A DNA stretch of 64,000 nucleotides from Escherichia phage MRostami-2023e. The translations under genes were made by a program, and so were the position numbers. Under the pieces are notes generated by a model. The model did no database searches. It saw only the letters and a list, made by a program, of their open reading frames with translations, and was not told the origin of the DNA. This document shows positions 19,601-28,933 of the stretch, one piece after another. Location of the stretch: the sequence record OQ031495, one strand, 5' to 3'. Position 1 is the stretch's first letter. The number at the start of each line of letters is the position of its first letter.

Positions 19601-20481
19601 ATACGCCATAAACTATTTGCAGCATCAAAAACAAAAAACGAGTCAGAAGAAGTTCTACCTTCGACGATATGAGTCCCGACTTCGCCAATAGACGTTGTAT
19701 CATCAAATGTTTTAATAATCGTATGATACAGTGGGTTTAATTTATCTAAATCAACTAGGCTGATTATATCACCATTGTTAGCATTACGTGGAAGTGTAAT
19801 GTTGATTGGTGCTGCACTAGTAAAACGAAGAACAATAAAATCGTTTGCTTGCGCTTGATATGGTGTAGCAGGTGTAACAGTGATTGATTCTTTACCGTAA
19901 TCAATGATATACATCTGCCACAAACGATTACTAAACACAAACACTAGTTGTGAACGCGGACGCGTCATTAAAACTGTACGAACTTGTTCGCCTCTAAAGT
20001 TTAAAATACTCTGCACAGACGCGTTAATCTGTACTTTAACTGCCCCGGTTCTTCCACCAATATCAGCCAAAACAATAGTGTCACCATCAACCGGCGCATT
20101 TGGCAACGTGAAAACCATATCATTGCCGGCACCAGTGTTAACCGAAATCGATTCACCTGAAGAAAGTTGATAAGTCCCAGAAGCTACAGTTATCCATTGT
20201 GCATCGGTACGAACTGCACGCCATTGTAAAAGGTTAAATGCCCCGGAAGGAGACACGATATCATTTATTGCTTGATATAAACGGTTGTCATAAAGAACAA
20301 CAAATCCTTTGTTATATCCACGCGTAGAATCATATACTTGAACGGTGTTTTCTTGTACCAGGAAGTCAACGTTTACGCCATCAGTACCTACTGTACGGTC
20401 GGCTAATGCTACGTTAACAATCTTGTCGCCACCGGCGTCCAGACCGTCTTCGGCTCTGAACTTACGTTTGATGTCGGCCAT
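16606..20481 (-). CDS. 34: gp34 long tail fibre proximal subunit
   Basis: 1291 aa; MADIKRKFRAEDGLDAGGDKIVNVALAD..; internal ~22-aa repeats (..ATETRRGIAKIATTAQ.. etc.). Confidence 0.95.
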   Translation of the reverse strand: MADIKRKFRAEDGLDAGGDKIVNVALADRTVGTDGVNVDFLVQENTVQVYDSTRGYNKGFVVLYDNRLYQAINDIVSPSGAFNLLQWRAVRTDAQWITVASGTYQLSSGESISVNTGAGNDMVFTLPNAPVDGDTIVLADIGGRTGAVKVQINASVQSILNFRGEQVRTVLMTRPRSQLVFVFSNRLWQMYIIDYGKESITVTPATPYQAQANDFIVLRFTSAAPINITLPRNANNGDIISLVDLDKLNPLYHTIIKTFDDTTSIGEVGTHIVEGRTSSDSFFVFDAANSLWRIWEGDQKSRLRIIRTDSNIRPNEEVLIFGTNNATAETINLTLPTGILTGDTVKISMNYMRKGQTVKIKAAEGDTIASSVALLQFPKRSEYPPDTQWVSVTELEFNGTTSYVPVLELAYIEDTDSDTHYWVVQQNVPTVERVDAGTDATRARLGVIALATQTQANVDLENTPAKEVAITPETLANRTATETRRGIAKIATTAQVNQNSTAAFVDDTIVTPKKLNERTATETRRGLAEIATQAETDAGLDDTTIITPKKLQARQGSETLSGIVKYVSTTSATPAATRGAAGTNVYNKDTTTLTISPKALDQYKATYAQQGAVILAVDSEVIAGQSQAGYSHAVVTPETLHKKTSTDGRIGLIEIATQAETNAGTDYTRAVTPKTLNDRKATEGLSGIAELATQVEFDTGTDDTRISTPLKIKTHFDSSDRTSVNSDSGLIEEGTLWNHYTLDISKANETQRGTLRVATQAESNAGTLDDVLITPKKLLGTKSTETSEGVIKVATRAETVTGTSANTAVSPKNLKWIVQSEPTWAATTAIRGFVKTSSGSITFVGNDTVGSTQPLESYEKNSYAISPYELNRVLANYLPLKAKAADANLLDGIDSSQFIRRDIAQTVNGSLTLTKQTNLSAPLVSSSTATFGGSVSANSTLTISNTGTATRLIFEKGPQTGTNPAQTMTIRVWGNQFGGGSDTTRSTVFEVGDETSNHFYSQRNKDGNIAFSINGTVMPININASGLMNVNGVATFGRSVTANGEFISKSANAFRAISGDYGFFIRNDAANTYFMLTASGDQTGGFNGLRPLAINNASGQVTIGEGLIIAKGATINSDGLTVNSRIRSQGTKTSDLYTRAPTSDTVGFWSIDINDSATYNQFPGYFKMVEKTNEVTGLPYLERGEEVKSPGTLTQFGNTLDSLYQDWITYPTTPDARTTRWTRTWQKTKNSWSSFVQVFDGGNPPQPSDIGALPSDNATIGNLTIRDFLRIGNVRIIPDPVNKSVKFEWIE

Positions 20482-20511
20482 TCGTTTTTCCTTTATTGTT
20501 TCAATAATACT

Positions 20512-20519
20512 TATTTATA
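20512..20519 (-). promoter_or_regulatory. late promoter TATAAATA for gene 34
   Basis: plus-strand tatttata 31 nt upstream of the gp34 start. Confidence 0.6.
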
Positions 20520-20522
20520 CCA

Positions 20523-20552
20523 GTTTACGCTTTCAAATGAGTGTGTTACTAT
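20523..20552 (+). promoter_or_regulatory. early promoter for rnh, back-to-back with the gene 34 late promoter
   Basis: gtttac 20523-20528; tgttactatag. Confidence 0.5.
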
Positions 20553-20584
20553 AGACAAGTTGACTAACTGAACAAGAGGTTCAT

Positions 20585-21502
20585 ATGGATTTAGAAATGA
20601 TGTTGGATGAAGATTACAAAGAAGGTATTGCACTTGCCGACTTTAGTAACATTGCGTTGGCCGCCGCATTAAACAACTTTGAAGACGGTGATAAAATTAC
20701 TGTTCCAATGGTTCGACATGTAATCTTGAATTCAATTCGTAAAAACGTAGTGATGTTCCGTAAGCAAGGCTATACAAAATTTGTATTGTGTATGGATAAT
20801 GCTACTTCGGGTTATTGGCGTCGTGACTTTGCTTACTATTACAAGAAAAATCGCAAAACCGATCGTGAAGCTTCAAAGTGGGATTGGGAAGGATATTTTA
20901 CTGCACTCCATCAAGTTGTTGATGAGATTAAGAAATACATGCCATACGTTGTAATGGATATTGACAAGTATGAAGCGGATGACCATATCGGTGTATTAAC
21001 TAAATATTTGTCATTAGCTGGACATAAAGTATGTATTGTTGCATCAGATGGTGACTTTACACAATTACACAAATATCCTAACGTTAAACAGTGGTCGCCA
21101 CCACAGAAAAAATGGGTTAAAATTAAGAATGGTTCTGCTGAAATTGATTGCATGACTAAAATTCTTAAAGGCGACCGTAAGGATGGTGTTGCATCTGTTC
21201 GAGTTCGTGGTGACTTCTGGTTTACTCGAGTTGAAGGTGAACGAACTCCAAGCATGAAAACAACAATTATTGAAGCAATTGCTAATGACCGTTCTCAAGC
21301 TGAAGTGTTATTAAGTGCTGAAGAATATAAACGGTACCAAGAAAATTTGGTTCTCATTGATTTTGATTATATCCCTGATAATATTGCTTCAACCATTATA
21401 GAGTATTATAACTCATATAAACAACAACCTAAAGGCAAGATTTATTCATACTTTGTAAAATCGGGTCTTTCTAAATTAACAAGTGTAATTAACGAATTCT
21501 GA
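20585..21502 (+). CDS. rnh: RNase H (5'-3' exonuclease / flap endonuclease)
   Basis: 305 aa; ..FKYVLCMDNATSGYWRRDFAYYYKKNRK.. matches T4 RNase H (305 aa). Confidence 0.93.
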   Translation: MDLEMMLDEDYKEGIALADFSNIALAAALNNFEDGDKITVPMVRHVILNSIRKNVVMFRKQGYTKFVLCMDNATSGYWRRDFAYYYKKNRKTDREASKWDWEGYFTALHQVVDEIKKYMPYVVMDIDKYEADDHIGVLTKYLSLAGHKVCIVASDGDFTQLHKYPNVKQWSPPQKKWVKIKNGSAEIDCMTKILKGDRKDGVASVRVRGDFWFTRVEGERTPSMKTTIIEAIANDRSQAEVLLSAEEYKRYQENLVLIDFDYIPDNIASTIIEYYNSYKQQPKGKIYSYFVKSGLSKLTSVINEF

Positions 21503-21509
21503 GGTAAAC

Positions 21510-21779
21510 ATGGCTAAGAAAGAAGCAGTTGAATTTAATCAAGATGTGCATGGTGAAGAACTGGCTAAACTAGTCAAGGAAGCTTCCGATAACAAACTTA
21601 AAATTTCTGGTTATAATGAACTGATTAAAGACATTCGTACTCGTGCTAAAGAAGAGCTTGGTGTCGATGGAAAAATGTTTAATCGTTTGTTAGCTCTTTA
21701 TCATAAAGACGCTCGTGACCAATTTGAAGCTGAAAATGAAGAGGTAGTCGAGCTTTATGACACAGTTTTCACTAAGTGA
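21510..21779 (+). CDS. dsbA: DsbA, double-stranded DNA-binding late transcription enhancer
   Basis: 89 aa; MAKKEAVEFNQDVHGEELAKLVKEASDNKLKISGYNELIKDIR.. matches T4 DsbA. Confidence 0.9.
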   Translation: MAKKEAVEFNQDVHGEELAKLVKEASDNKLKISGYNELIKDIRTRAKEELGVDGKMFNRLLALYHKDARDQFEAENEEVVELYDTVFTK

Positions 21780-22095
21780 TATTAAACCGGTTGATGAGGC
21801 CGGTTTATCTGAACAAGAATTAGCAGTAAAACACGATAAAGATGATATCGCTAAATTGCTTGACCGCCAAGAAAACGGATTCATTATCGAATCTATGGTT
21901 GAACAATTTGGTATGTCTTATTTAGAAGCAACAACTGCTTTCTTGGAAGAAAATTCTATTCCAGAAACACAATTTGCTAAATTTATTCCTACAGGAATTG
22001 TTGAAAAAATTACAAGCGAAGCAATTGACGAAAACATGCTTCGCCCGTCAGTTGCTCGTGGTGAAAAAACTAATACGTTAGATTTCTTATTATGA
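21757..22095 (+). CDS. 33: gp33 late transcription co-activator
   Basis: 112 aa; MTQFSLSDIKPVDEAGLSEQEL..TNTLDFLL matches T4 gp33. Confidence 0.92.
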   Translation: MTQFSLSDIKPVDEAGLSEQELAVKHDKDDIAKLLDRQENGFIIESMVEQFGMSYLEATTAFLEENSIPETQFAKFIPTGIVEKITSEAIDENMLRPSVARGEKTNTLDFLL

Positions 22096-22745
22096 TTAAA
22101 ATACGCATGCCTCCTGATGGAGAACGTTATATTAACGGAAAATCGGTATACAAACTATACTTGATGTGCAAACAACATTTTAATGGTCGGTATGACGTAA
22201 TCAAATATAACTGGTGCATGCGTGTTTCGGATAATGCGTATCAAAAACGCCGAGATAAATATTTCTTTGAAAAACTAGCAGAGAAATATAAATTGAAGGA
22301 ACTCACCTTGATATTCATAAGCAACTTAGTTGCTAACCAAGACGCATGGATTGGTGAGATATCAGACGCTGATGCATTAGTTTTCTATAGGGAATATATT
22401 GGACGTCTCAAACAAGCTAAAGAGACGTTTGCTGAAGACGTACGTAACATCTACTATTTCAGTAAGAAAGTTGAAGTTAGTGCGCTTCAAGAGATATTTG
22501 ATTATAATAACAACGTTCAGTCGAGCTACATATTCAAATTGCTACAAAGCAATATAATTTCATTTGAGACTTTCTTATTGTTGGACTCATTTTTGAATAT
22601 TATAGATAAGCACGACGAACTCACTGACAATTTAGTCTGGCAAAATTATTCTACCAAATTAAAGGCATATCGAAAAATACTTCAAATCGATGTAAATGCT
22701 GCTAAGAAATTGTTCATAGAAACAATAAAATCATGTAAGTATTAA
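22092..22745 (+). CDS. 59: gp59 helicase loader
   Basis: 217 aa; MIKIRMPPDGERYINGKSVYKLYLM..NWCMRVSD.. matches T4 gp59. Confidence 0.93.
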   Translation: MIKIRMPPDGERYINGKSVYKLYLMCKQHFNGRYDVIKYNWCMRVSDNAYQKRRDKYFFEKLAEKYKLKELTLIFISNLVANQDAWIGEISDADALVFYREYIGRLKQAKETFAEDVRNIYYFSKKVEVSALQEIFDYNNNVQSSYIFKLLQSNIISFETFLLLDSFLNIIDKHDELTDNLVWQNYSTKLKAYRKILQIDVNAAKKLFIETIKSCKY

Positions 22746-22774
22746 GCTTTATTTTATCTGTGTTAGAATTACCG

Positions 22775-22782
22775 TATAAATA
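22775..22782 (+). promoter_or_regulatory. late promoter TATAAATA upstream of gene 32
   Basis: tataaata 22775-22782. Confidence 0.55.
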
Positions 22783-22862
22783 AAACATACCAGCTACGAG
22801 GTATAAGTGTCGTAGCAACCAACTGTAAAATTTAATTAATAATCTAAATAAAGGCAAATAAA
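22783..22862 (+). promoter_or_regulatory. gene 32 mRNA leader: hairpin plus AU-rich stretch (translational autoregulation operator)
   Basis: gctacgaggtataagtgtcgtagc hairpin then taattaataatctaaataaaggcaaataaaATG; T4 gp32 autoregulation is established. Confidence 0.55.
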
Positions 22863-23762
22863 ATGTTTAAACGTAAAAGTACCGCAGACCTCGCAGCTCA
22901 GATGGCTAAACTGAATGGTAACAAAGGTTTCTCTTCAGAAGATAAAGGTGAATGGAAGCTGAAACTCGATGCATCCGGTAATGGTCAAGCGGTAATTCGT
23001 TTCCTGCCGGCAAAAACAGATGACGCACTTCCGTTTACAATTCTTGTTAACCACGGGTTCAAGAAAAATGGTAAATGGTATATTGAAACCTGTTCATCTA
23101 CACACGGCGATTATGACTCTTGTCCTGTATGTCAGTACATTAGTAAAAATGACCTGTACAATACCAACAAAACTGAATATTCTCAACTGAAACGTAAAAC
23201 TTCTTATTGGGCTAATATCCTGGTTGTTAAAGACCCACAAGCTCCAGATAATGAAGGTAAAGTATTCAAATATCGTTTCGGTAAAAAGATTTGGGACAAA
23301 ATCAATGCAATGATTGCAGTCGATACTGAAATGGGTGAAACTCCTGTTGATGTAACTTGCCCATGGGAAGGTGCTAACTTTGTACTGAAAGTTAATCAAG
23401 TTTCTGGTTTTAGTAANNNNNNNNNNNNNNNNNNNNNNNNNNNNNNNNNNNNNNNNNNNNNNNNNNNNNNNNNNTTCCAGAAAGAATTGTTCGAACAAAT
23501 GGTTGACCTTTCTGAAATGACTTCTAAAGATAAGTTCAAATCGTTTGAAGAATTGAATACTAAATTTAATCAAGTTCTTGGTACTGCCGCTCTTGGTGGT
23601 GCAGCAGCCGCAGCAGCTTCTGTTGCAGATAAAGTTGCTTCTGACCTTGATGATTTTGATAAAGACATGGAAGCCTTTGGTTCTGCAAAAACTGAAGATG
23701 ACTTCATGAGTTCCTCGTCTTCTGACGATGGCGACCTCGATGACCTGTTAGCTGGTCTATAA
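22863..23762 (+). CDS. 32: gp32 single-stranded DNA-binding protein
   Basis: 299 aa; [40 protein letters not shown].. acidic C-terminus; 58-nt N block keeps frame. Confidence 0.95.
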   Translation: MFKRKSTADLAAQMAKLNGNKGFSSEDKGEWKLKLDASGNGQAVIRFLPAKTDDALPFTILVNHGFKKNGKWYIETCSSTHGDYDSCPVCQYISKNDLYNTNKTEYSQLKRKTSYWANILVVKDPQAPDNEGKVFKYRFGKKIWDKINAMIAVDTEMGETPVDVTCPWEGANFVLKVNQVSGFSXXXXXXXXXXXXXXXXXXXXFQKELFEQMVDLSEMTSKDKFKSFEELNTKFNQVLGTAALGGAAAAAASVADKVASDLDDFDKDMEAFGSAKTEDDFMSSSSSDDGDLDDLLAGL

Positions 23763-23768
23763 TAAATT

Positions 23769-23791
23769 GGGAGACTTCGGTCTCCCTTTTG
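23769..23791 (+). terminator. GGGAGAC-UUCG-GUCUCCC terminator plus T tract
   Basis: gggagacttcggtctcccttttg after gene 32. Confidence 0.75.
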
Positions 23792-23817
23792 AGTATCTGT
23801 AAATTGCCGAAAAAGTT

Positions 23818-23850
23818 GTTTACTTCTCCTCTAGGTATGATATTATAGAC
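23818..23850 (+). promoter_or_regulatory. early promoter
   Basis: gtttac 23818-23823, tgatattatag, then ctatcaaaacaaa leader. Confidence 0.55.
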
Positions 23851-23876
23851 CTATCAAAACAAACGAGGAAATCAAA

Positions 23877-24281
23877 ATGGAAGTCGGAAAAACGTACATC
23901 ATTAACCCTTTATCTAAAAATGACTTTGNNNNNNNNNNNNNNNNNNNNNNNNNNNNNNNNNNNNNNNNNNNNNNNNNNNNNNNNNNNNNNNNNNNNNNNN
24001 NNNNNNNNNNNNNNNNNNNNNNNNNNNNNNNNNNNNNNNNNNNNNNNNNNNNNNNNNNNNNNNNNNNNNNNNNNNNNNNNNNNNNNNNNNNNNNNNNNNN
24101 NNNNNNNNNNNNNNNNNNNNNNNNNNNNNNNNNNNNNNNNTACTTTACCGAGGTAACATTAGAAAAGCCTCAACAGGTTAACGAAGGTATAGATTTGGGT
24201 GTAACAAAAATTCATTGTGTTGTAGATAAAACCAACGTCGATGAAATCATTGAACTTTTACAAAAAACTTTTAAAAAGTAG
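23877..24281 (+). CDS. hypothetical protein, mostly masked by a 212-nt N block
   Basis: ATG with RBS after promoter; ends ..IELLQKTFKK; interior unknown. Confidence 0.35.
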   Translation: MEVGKTYIINPLSKNDFXXXXXXXXXXXXXXXXXXXXXXXXXXXXXXXXXXXXXXXXXXXXXXXXXXXXXXXXXXXXXXXXXXXXXXXYFTEVTLEKPQQVNEGIDLGVTKIHCVVDKTNVDEIIELLQKTFKK

Positions 24282-24316
24282 TTTACACCATGATAGGGCT
24301 ATGTTATAGTAGTCCT
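24281..24316 (+). promoter_or_regulatory. early promoter with imperfect palindrome around the -10
   Basis: gtttac 24281-24286; tagggctatgttatagtagtcctatc. Confidence 0.55.
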
Positions 24317-24342
24317 ATCAAATAAAAGTGAAGGAGAATAAA

Positions 24343-24591
24343 ATGAGATTGCAACGCCAAAGCATCAAAGATTCAGAAGTTAGAGGTAAATGGTACTTCA
24401 ACATCGTCGGTAAAGACGCTGAACTCCTTGAACAAGCTGAAGAAGCTTTACGTGAAATGGGTTGGAACGAAGAATGTGATGGATGTCCACTCTACGAAGA
24501 TGGTGAAAGCGCAGGATTCTGGATTCACCACTCTGATGTTGAATCGTTTAAAGCTGATTGGAAAGTTGTTAAGAAAAATCTGAGGAAATAA
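24343..24591 (+). CDS. hypothetical protein
   Basis: AAGGAG RBS 24331-24336 then ATG 24343; the track ORF starts at an upstream GTG. Confidence 0.5.
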   Translation: MRLQRQSIKDSEVRGKWYFNIVGKDAELLEQAEEALREMGWNEECDGCPLYEDGESAGFWIHHSDVESFKADWKVVKKNLRK

Positions 24592-24593
24592 TT

Positions 24594-24842
24594 ATGAATG
24601 TTGTTGTTGAATACTCTCAAGGCGCTGATGTCGGATATGAAGTTTATACTTCAGTTAATTTAGACCATCCGGATTTGGCCGAATTCATTGGTGACGCATT
24701 TGATTTGTCTGGGCGATACACAACAAAACCTCGCGTTTGTGTTATAGTATTTGACCCGACCGATGGTTGTCAAATCCAGACTGATTTGGTTTCTTCTAAA
24801 TCACAAATCCAAAAAGTTATTAAAGGACTTAAAAATGCTTAA
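24594..24842 (+). CDS. hypothetical protein
   Basis: 82-aa ORF. Confidence 0.5.
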   Translation: MNVVVEYSQGADVGYEVYTSVNLDHPDLAEFIGDAFDLSGRYTTKPRVCVIVFDPTDGCQIQTDLVSSKSQIQKVIKGLKNA

Positions 24843-25422
24843 ATTAGTATTCGCATGTGCTCCGTCTAAAACAGTTGATGATAAACTGGAATATGCTTTT
24901 GGATTAGGTGATGGACTTCCATGGAAGCATATCAAACAAGATATGAGTAACTTTGTTGCTCGCACTAAAAACACTGTAATGGTTATGGGTGCTAAGACAT
25001 TTGCATCATTACCTCGTCTACTCCCAGATCGTACTCATGTGGTTGTCACTGATATGGCCAGAAAACTGCCTAGGACTAAAACAAACGAACTTGCACGGTT
25101 CTATATCACCCAAGCAGAATTTATTACCCTGGTGACTGGCACTGAAATTAACCTGTTTAGCCCTGCAACTGACGTACCGTTTAAACTTTCTACTGAACAT
25201 GTTGATGTCTCGGTTATTGGCGGTCCTGCATTATTAAAACAAGCACTGCCTTATGCCGATGAAATCGTGATGACTAAAATCATTAAGAAATGTCGTGTTA
25301 ATTCCGATGTTCAACTTGATAAAGATTTCGTCCAAGATATTATGCTTCAACGTTCTATGGTAGAATCTCATTACTACAGAATCGATGAACTCACCGAAAT
25401 TACTGAGAGCGTTTATAAATGA
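24835..25422 (+). CDS. frd: dihydrofolate reductase
   Basis: ATG 24835; MLKLVFACAPSKTVDDKLEYAFGLGDGLPW..VIGGPALLKQALPYADE.. matches T4 Frd. Confidence 0.9.
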   Translation: MLKLVFACAPSKTVDDKLEYAFGLGDGLPWKHIKQDMSNFVARTKNTVMVMGAKTFASLPRLLPDRTHVVVTDMARKLPRTKTNELARFYITQAEFITLVTGTEINLFSPATDVPFKLSTEHVDVSVIGGPALLKQALPYADEIVMTKIIKKCRVNSDVQLDKDFVQDIMLQRSMVESHYYRIDELTEITESVYK

Positions 25423-26280
25423 AACAATACCAATACCTGATTAATGATATCCTAGAAAATGGCTACGAAACAGACGACCGTACAGGTACCGGCACTATTG
25501 CCCTGTTCGGAACTAAATTACGTTGGGATCTGACTAAAGGATTCCCTGCAGTAACAACTAAGAAATTAGCATGGAAAGCTTGTATTGCCGAGTTACTGTG
25601 GTTCATGTCCGGTTCTACCAATGTTAATGATTTGCGTATTCGTACTCATGGTAGTCTAATTGAAGGTAAAACTATTTGGGACGACAACTATGAAAATCAG
25701 GCAAAAGACCTTGGATATCATAGTGGTGAACTTGGTCCTATTTATGGTAAGCAATGGCGTGATTTTGGTGGTGTAGACCAATTAGTTGAAACAATCGACC
25801 GTATTAAAAAATTACCAACTGATCGTCGTCAAATTGTTTCTGCCTGGAATCCAGCTGAAATAAATCAAATGGCTCTTCCTCCTTGTCATATGTTCTATCA
25901 ATTTAATGTGCGTAATGGGCATCTTGATTTACAATGGTATCAACGCAGTGTAGATGTTTTCTTGGGCCTGCCGTTCAACATTGCCTCGTACGCTGCCTTG
26001 ACGCATATTGTAGCGAAGATGTGTAACCTTATCCCAGGTGATTTAGTGTTCTCAGGCGGCAACACGCATATCTACAGCAATCATGTAGAACAATGCAAAG
26101 AAGTTCTTCGTCGTGAACCTAAAGAGTTATGTNNNNNNNNNNNNNNNNNNNNNNNNNNNNNNNNNNNNNNNNNNNNNNNNNNNNNNNNNNNNNNNNNNNN
26201 NNNNNNNNNNNNNNNNNNNNNNTTTAGTTCTTAAAAATTACGAATCTCATCCAGCTATCAAAGCTAAAATGGCGGTATAA
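25419..26280 (+). CDS. td: thymidylate synthase; no intron; frame changes inside the 90-nt N block 26133-26222
   Basis: MKQYQYLINDILENGYETDDRTGTGT..PPCHMFYQF..; post-mask C-terminus LVLKNYESHPAIKAKMAV is in a different frame from the pre-mask part. Confidence 0.85.
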
Positions 26281-26281
26281 A

Positions 26282-26527
26282 ATGATTTTACGTTTTATTA
26301 ATTCATATGGCACCACAATTTTTGAAATGAAAAATCCAAGTGAACTGGATATCCCTTCACCGAATAGTGAAATCACAGTTAAGGGTGAACGATTCATTTG
26401 TTATTCACATGAACGAATTTATGAATATCGTGAATTTTGTGGTGGATTCGGTATAGAAAAAGAACCGTTGGTTTATTTTAATATCACGGTCTTGACTCCT
26501 AAAGAATACGAAGAAATTATTGCAAAG
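26282..26527 (+). CDS. hypothetical protein, 3' end hidden in an N block
   Basis: ORF starting ATG 26282; true stop lies within the masked 26528-26614. Confidence 0.4.
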
Positions 26528-26622
26528 NNNNNNNNNNNNNNNNNNNNNNNNNNNNNNNNNNNNNNNNNNNNNNNNNNNNNNNNNNNNNNNNNNNNNNNNN
26601 NNNNNNNNNNNNNNGAGGACAT

Positions 26623-28878
26623 ATGCAAGTAACTAAGAGCAGTGGCGTATCCCAAAATTTTGATGCACAGAAAATTATCCAAGTTCTGACCTGGCAATGT
26701 GAAGGAACACAAATTGACCCATATGAATTGTACGAAGAAATTAAGACCCATCTTGTTGACGGGATGAGCACCAAAGATATCCAGAAGATTTGTATTAAAG
26801 TTGCAGCTAACTCGATTTCTGTCGAAGAACCTGATTATCAGTATGTCGCCGCCAAAGGGCTAATGTTTGCACTTCGTAAAGATGTATATGGGCAGTTTGA
26901 ACCGCCTGCTTTTATCGACCATATTTCTTATTGTGTTAATGAAGGCAAATATGACCCTGAGCTTTTGTCTCAATATTCAGCAGAAGAAATCATTTATCTC
27001 GATTCACAGATTAAACATGAACGAGACTTTGACCTGACTTATGCTGGTGCTATGCAGCTTAAAGAAAAATACCTGGTTAAAGATAAAACAACCGGGAAGA
27101 TTTATGAAACTCCTCAGTTTGCTATCATGGCTATTGGTATGGCCTTACACCAAGACGAAACCCATGACCGTTTGAAACATATTATTCGTTTTTATGATGC
27201 CGTTTCTACTCATCAAGTTTCGTTGCCTACCCCAATTATGGCAGGTGCTCGTACTCCGACTCGCCAGTTCTCTAGTTGCGTAGTTATTGAAGCCGGTGAT
27301 TCGTTAAAATCTATTAACAAAACTTCAGCATCAATTATTGAATATATTTCTAAACGAGCTGGTATCGGTATCAACGTTGGTATGCTTCGCGCAGAAGGTT
27401 CTAAGATCGGTATGGGTGAAGTTCGACATACTGGTGTTATTCCATTCTGGAAACATTTCCAAACTGCAGTAAAATCTTGTTCTCAAGGTGGTATTCGTGG
27501 TGGTGCTGCTACAGCGTATTATCCGATGTGGCACTTAGAAGTAGAGAACCTATTAGTTCTGAAAAATAACAAAGGCGTGGATGAAAACCGTATTCGACAT
27601 ATGGACTATGGAATTCAGATTAATGACCTCATGATGGAACGCCTTGGCAAAAATGATTATATTACTTTATTTAGCCCTCACGAAATGTCAGGCGAACTAT
27701 ATTACTCGTTCTTTGAAGATCAAGATAAATTCCGTGAGCTTTATGAGAAAGCTGAAAAAGACCCAACAATCAGAAAGAAAAGAATCAAAGCACTAGAACT
27801 CTTTGAATTGTTCATGACTGAACGTTCTGGCACCGCTCGAATTTATCCGCAATTCGTTGATAACACGAACAACTACACTCCATTTATTCGTGAAAAAGCT
27901 CCAATTCGTCAGAGTAACTTATGTTGTGAAATCGCTATTCCAACTAATGATGTGAATGGTCCTGATGCTGAAATTGGTTTATGCACATTATCTGCATTCG
28001 TGTTAGATAAATTTGATTGGCAAGACCAAGATAAAATTAATGAACTTGCTGAAGTACAAGTACGTGCACTTGATAACCTGTTAGACTATCAAGATTATCC
28101 GGTTCCAGAAGCTTTAAAAGCCAAAAAGCGTCGTAATCTTGGTATTGGTGTTACGAACTATGCTGCATGGTTAGCTTCTAACTTCGCTTCATATGAAGAC
28201 GCTAACGATTTGACTCATGAATTGTTTGAGAGATTGCAATATGGCCTTATCAAAGCTTCAATCAAACTCGCCAAAGAAAAAGGATGTTGCGAGTATTATT
28301 CAGACACTAAATGGTCTAGAGGCGAATTACCTATCGACTGGTACAATAAAAAGATTGACCAAATCGCAGCCCCGAACTACGTATGTGACTGGGAAGAACT
28401 TCGAGCTGAACTCAAAGAACATGGAATTCGTAACTCAACGTTGTCTGCACTCATGCCTTGTGAGTCAAGCAGTCAAGTATCAAACTCTACAAACGGGATT
28501 GAACCGCCGCGTGGTCCAGTGAGTATTAAAGAATCTAAAGAAGGCAACTTCCGTCAGGTTGTTCCTAATATAGAACATAACATGGGTCTTTACGACTACG
28601 CGTGGAAACTTGCTAAGAAAGGTAATAAACCTTATTTGACCCAAGTTGCTATCATGTTGAAATGGGTGTGCCAATCTGCTTCTGCTAATACTTACTATGA
28701 CCCTGCAGTATTTGAGAAAGGTAAAGTGCCAATGTCGGTAATGCTTGACGATCTGCTTTACTTCTGGTACTTTGGCGGAAAAAACCTCTACTATCATAAC
28801 ACTCGTGATGGGTCAGGTACAGATGACTATGAATTAGAAACACCTAAAGCTGAAGATTGTTCTGCTTGTAAGCTTTAA
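26623..28878 (+). CDS. nrdA: aerobic ribonucleoside-diphosphate reductase alpha subunit
   Basis: 751 aa; class I RNR large subunit; matches T4 NrdA in length and position. Confidence 0.95.
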   Translation: MQVTKSSGVSQNFDAQKIIQVLTWQCEGTQIDPYELYEEIKTHLVDGMSTKDIQKICIKVAANSISVEEPDYQYVAAKGLMFALRKDVYGQFEPPAFIDHISYCVNEGKYDPELLSQYSAEEIIYLDSQIKHERDFDLTYAGAMQLKEKYLVKDKTTGKIYETPQFAIMAIGMALHQDETHDRLKHIIRFYDAVSTHQVSLPTPIMAGARTPTRQFSSCVVIEAGDSLKSINKTSASIIEYISKRAGIGINVGMLRAEGSKIGMGEVRHTGVIPFWKHFQTAVKSCSQGGIRGGAATAYYPMWHLEVENLLVLKNNKGVDENRIRHMDYGIQINDLMMERLGKNDYITLFSPHEMSGELYYSFFEDQDKFRELYEKAEKDPTIRKKRIKALELFELFMTERSGTARIYPQFVDNTNNYTPFIREKAPIRQSNLCCEIAIPTNDVNGPDAEIGLCTLSAFVLDKFDWQDQDKINELAEVQVRALDNLLDYQDYPVPEALKAKKRRNLGIGVTNYAAWLASNFASYEDANDLTHELFERLQYGLIKASIKLAKEKGCCEYYSDTKWSRGELPIDWYNKKIDQIAAPNYVCDWEELRAELKEHGIRNSTLSALMPCESSSQVSNSTNGIEPPRGPVSIKESKEGNFRQVVPNIEHNMGLYDYAWKLAKKGNKPYLTQVAIMLKWVCQSASANTYYDPAVFEKGKVPMSVMLDDLLYFWYFGGKNLYYHNTRDGSGTDDYELETPKAEDCSACKL

Positions 28879-28933
28879 GACTTTTGATTATAATTTACTC
28901 ATGGATGAGTTAATAACTAAGTGAGAAAATATA

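Noticed and set aside
25419-26280. Group I intron in td (as in T4)
   Set aside because: The td coding sequence is contiguous through the T4 intron insertion point; the only discontinuity is a frame change inside an N block near the 3' end, too short to be an intron.
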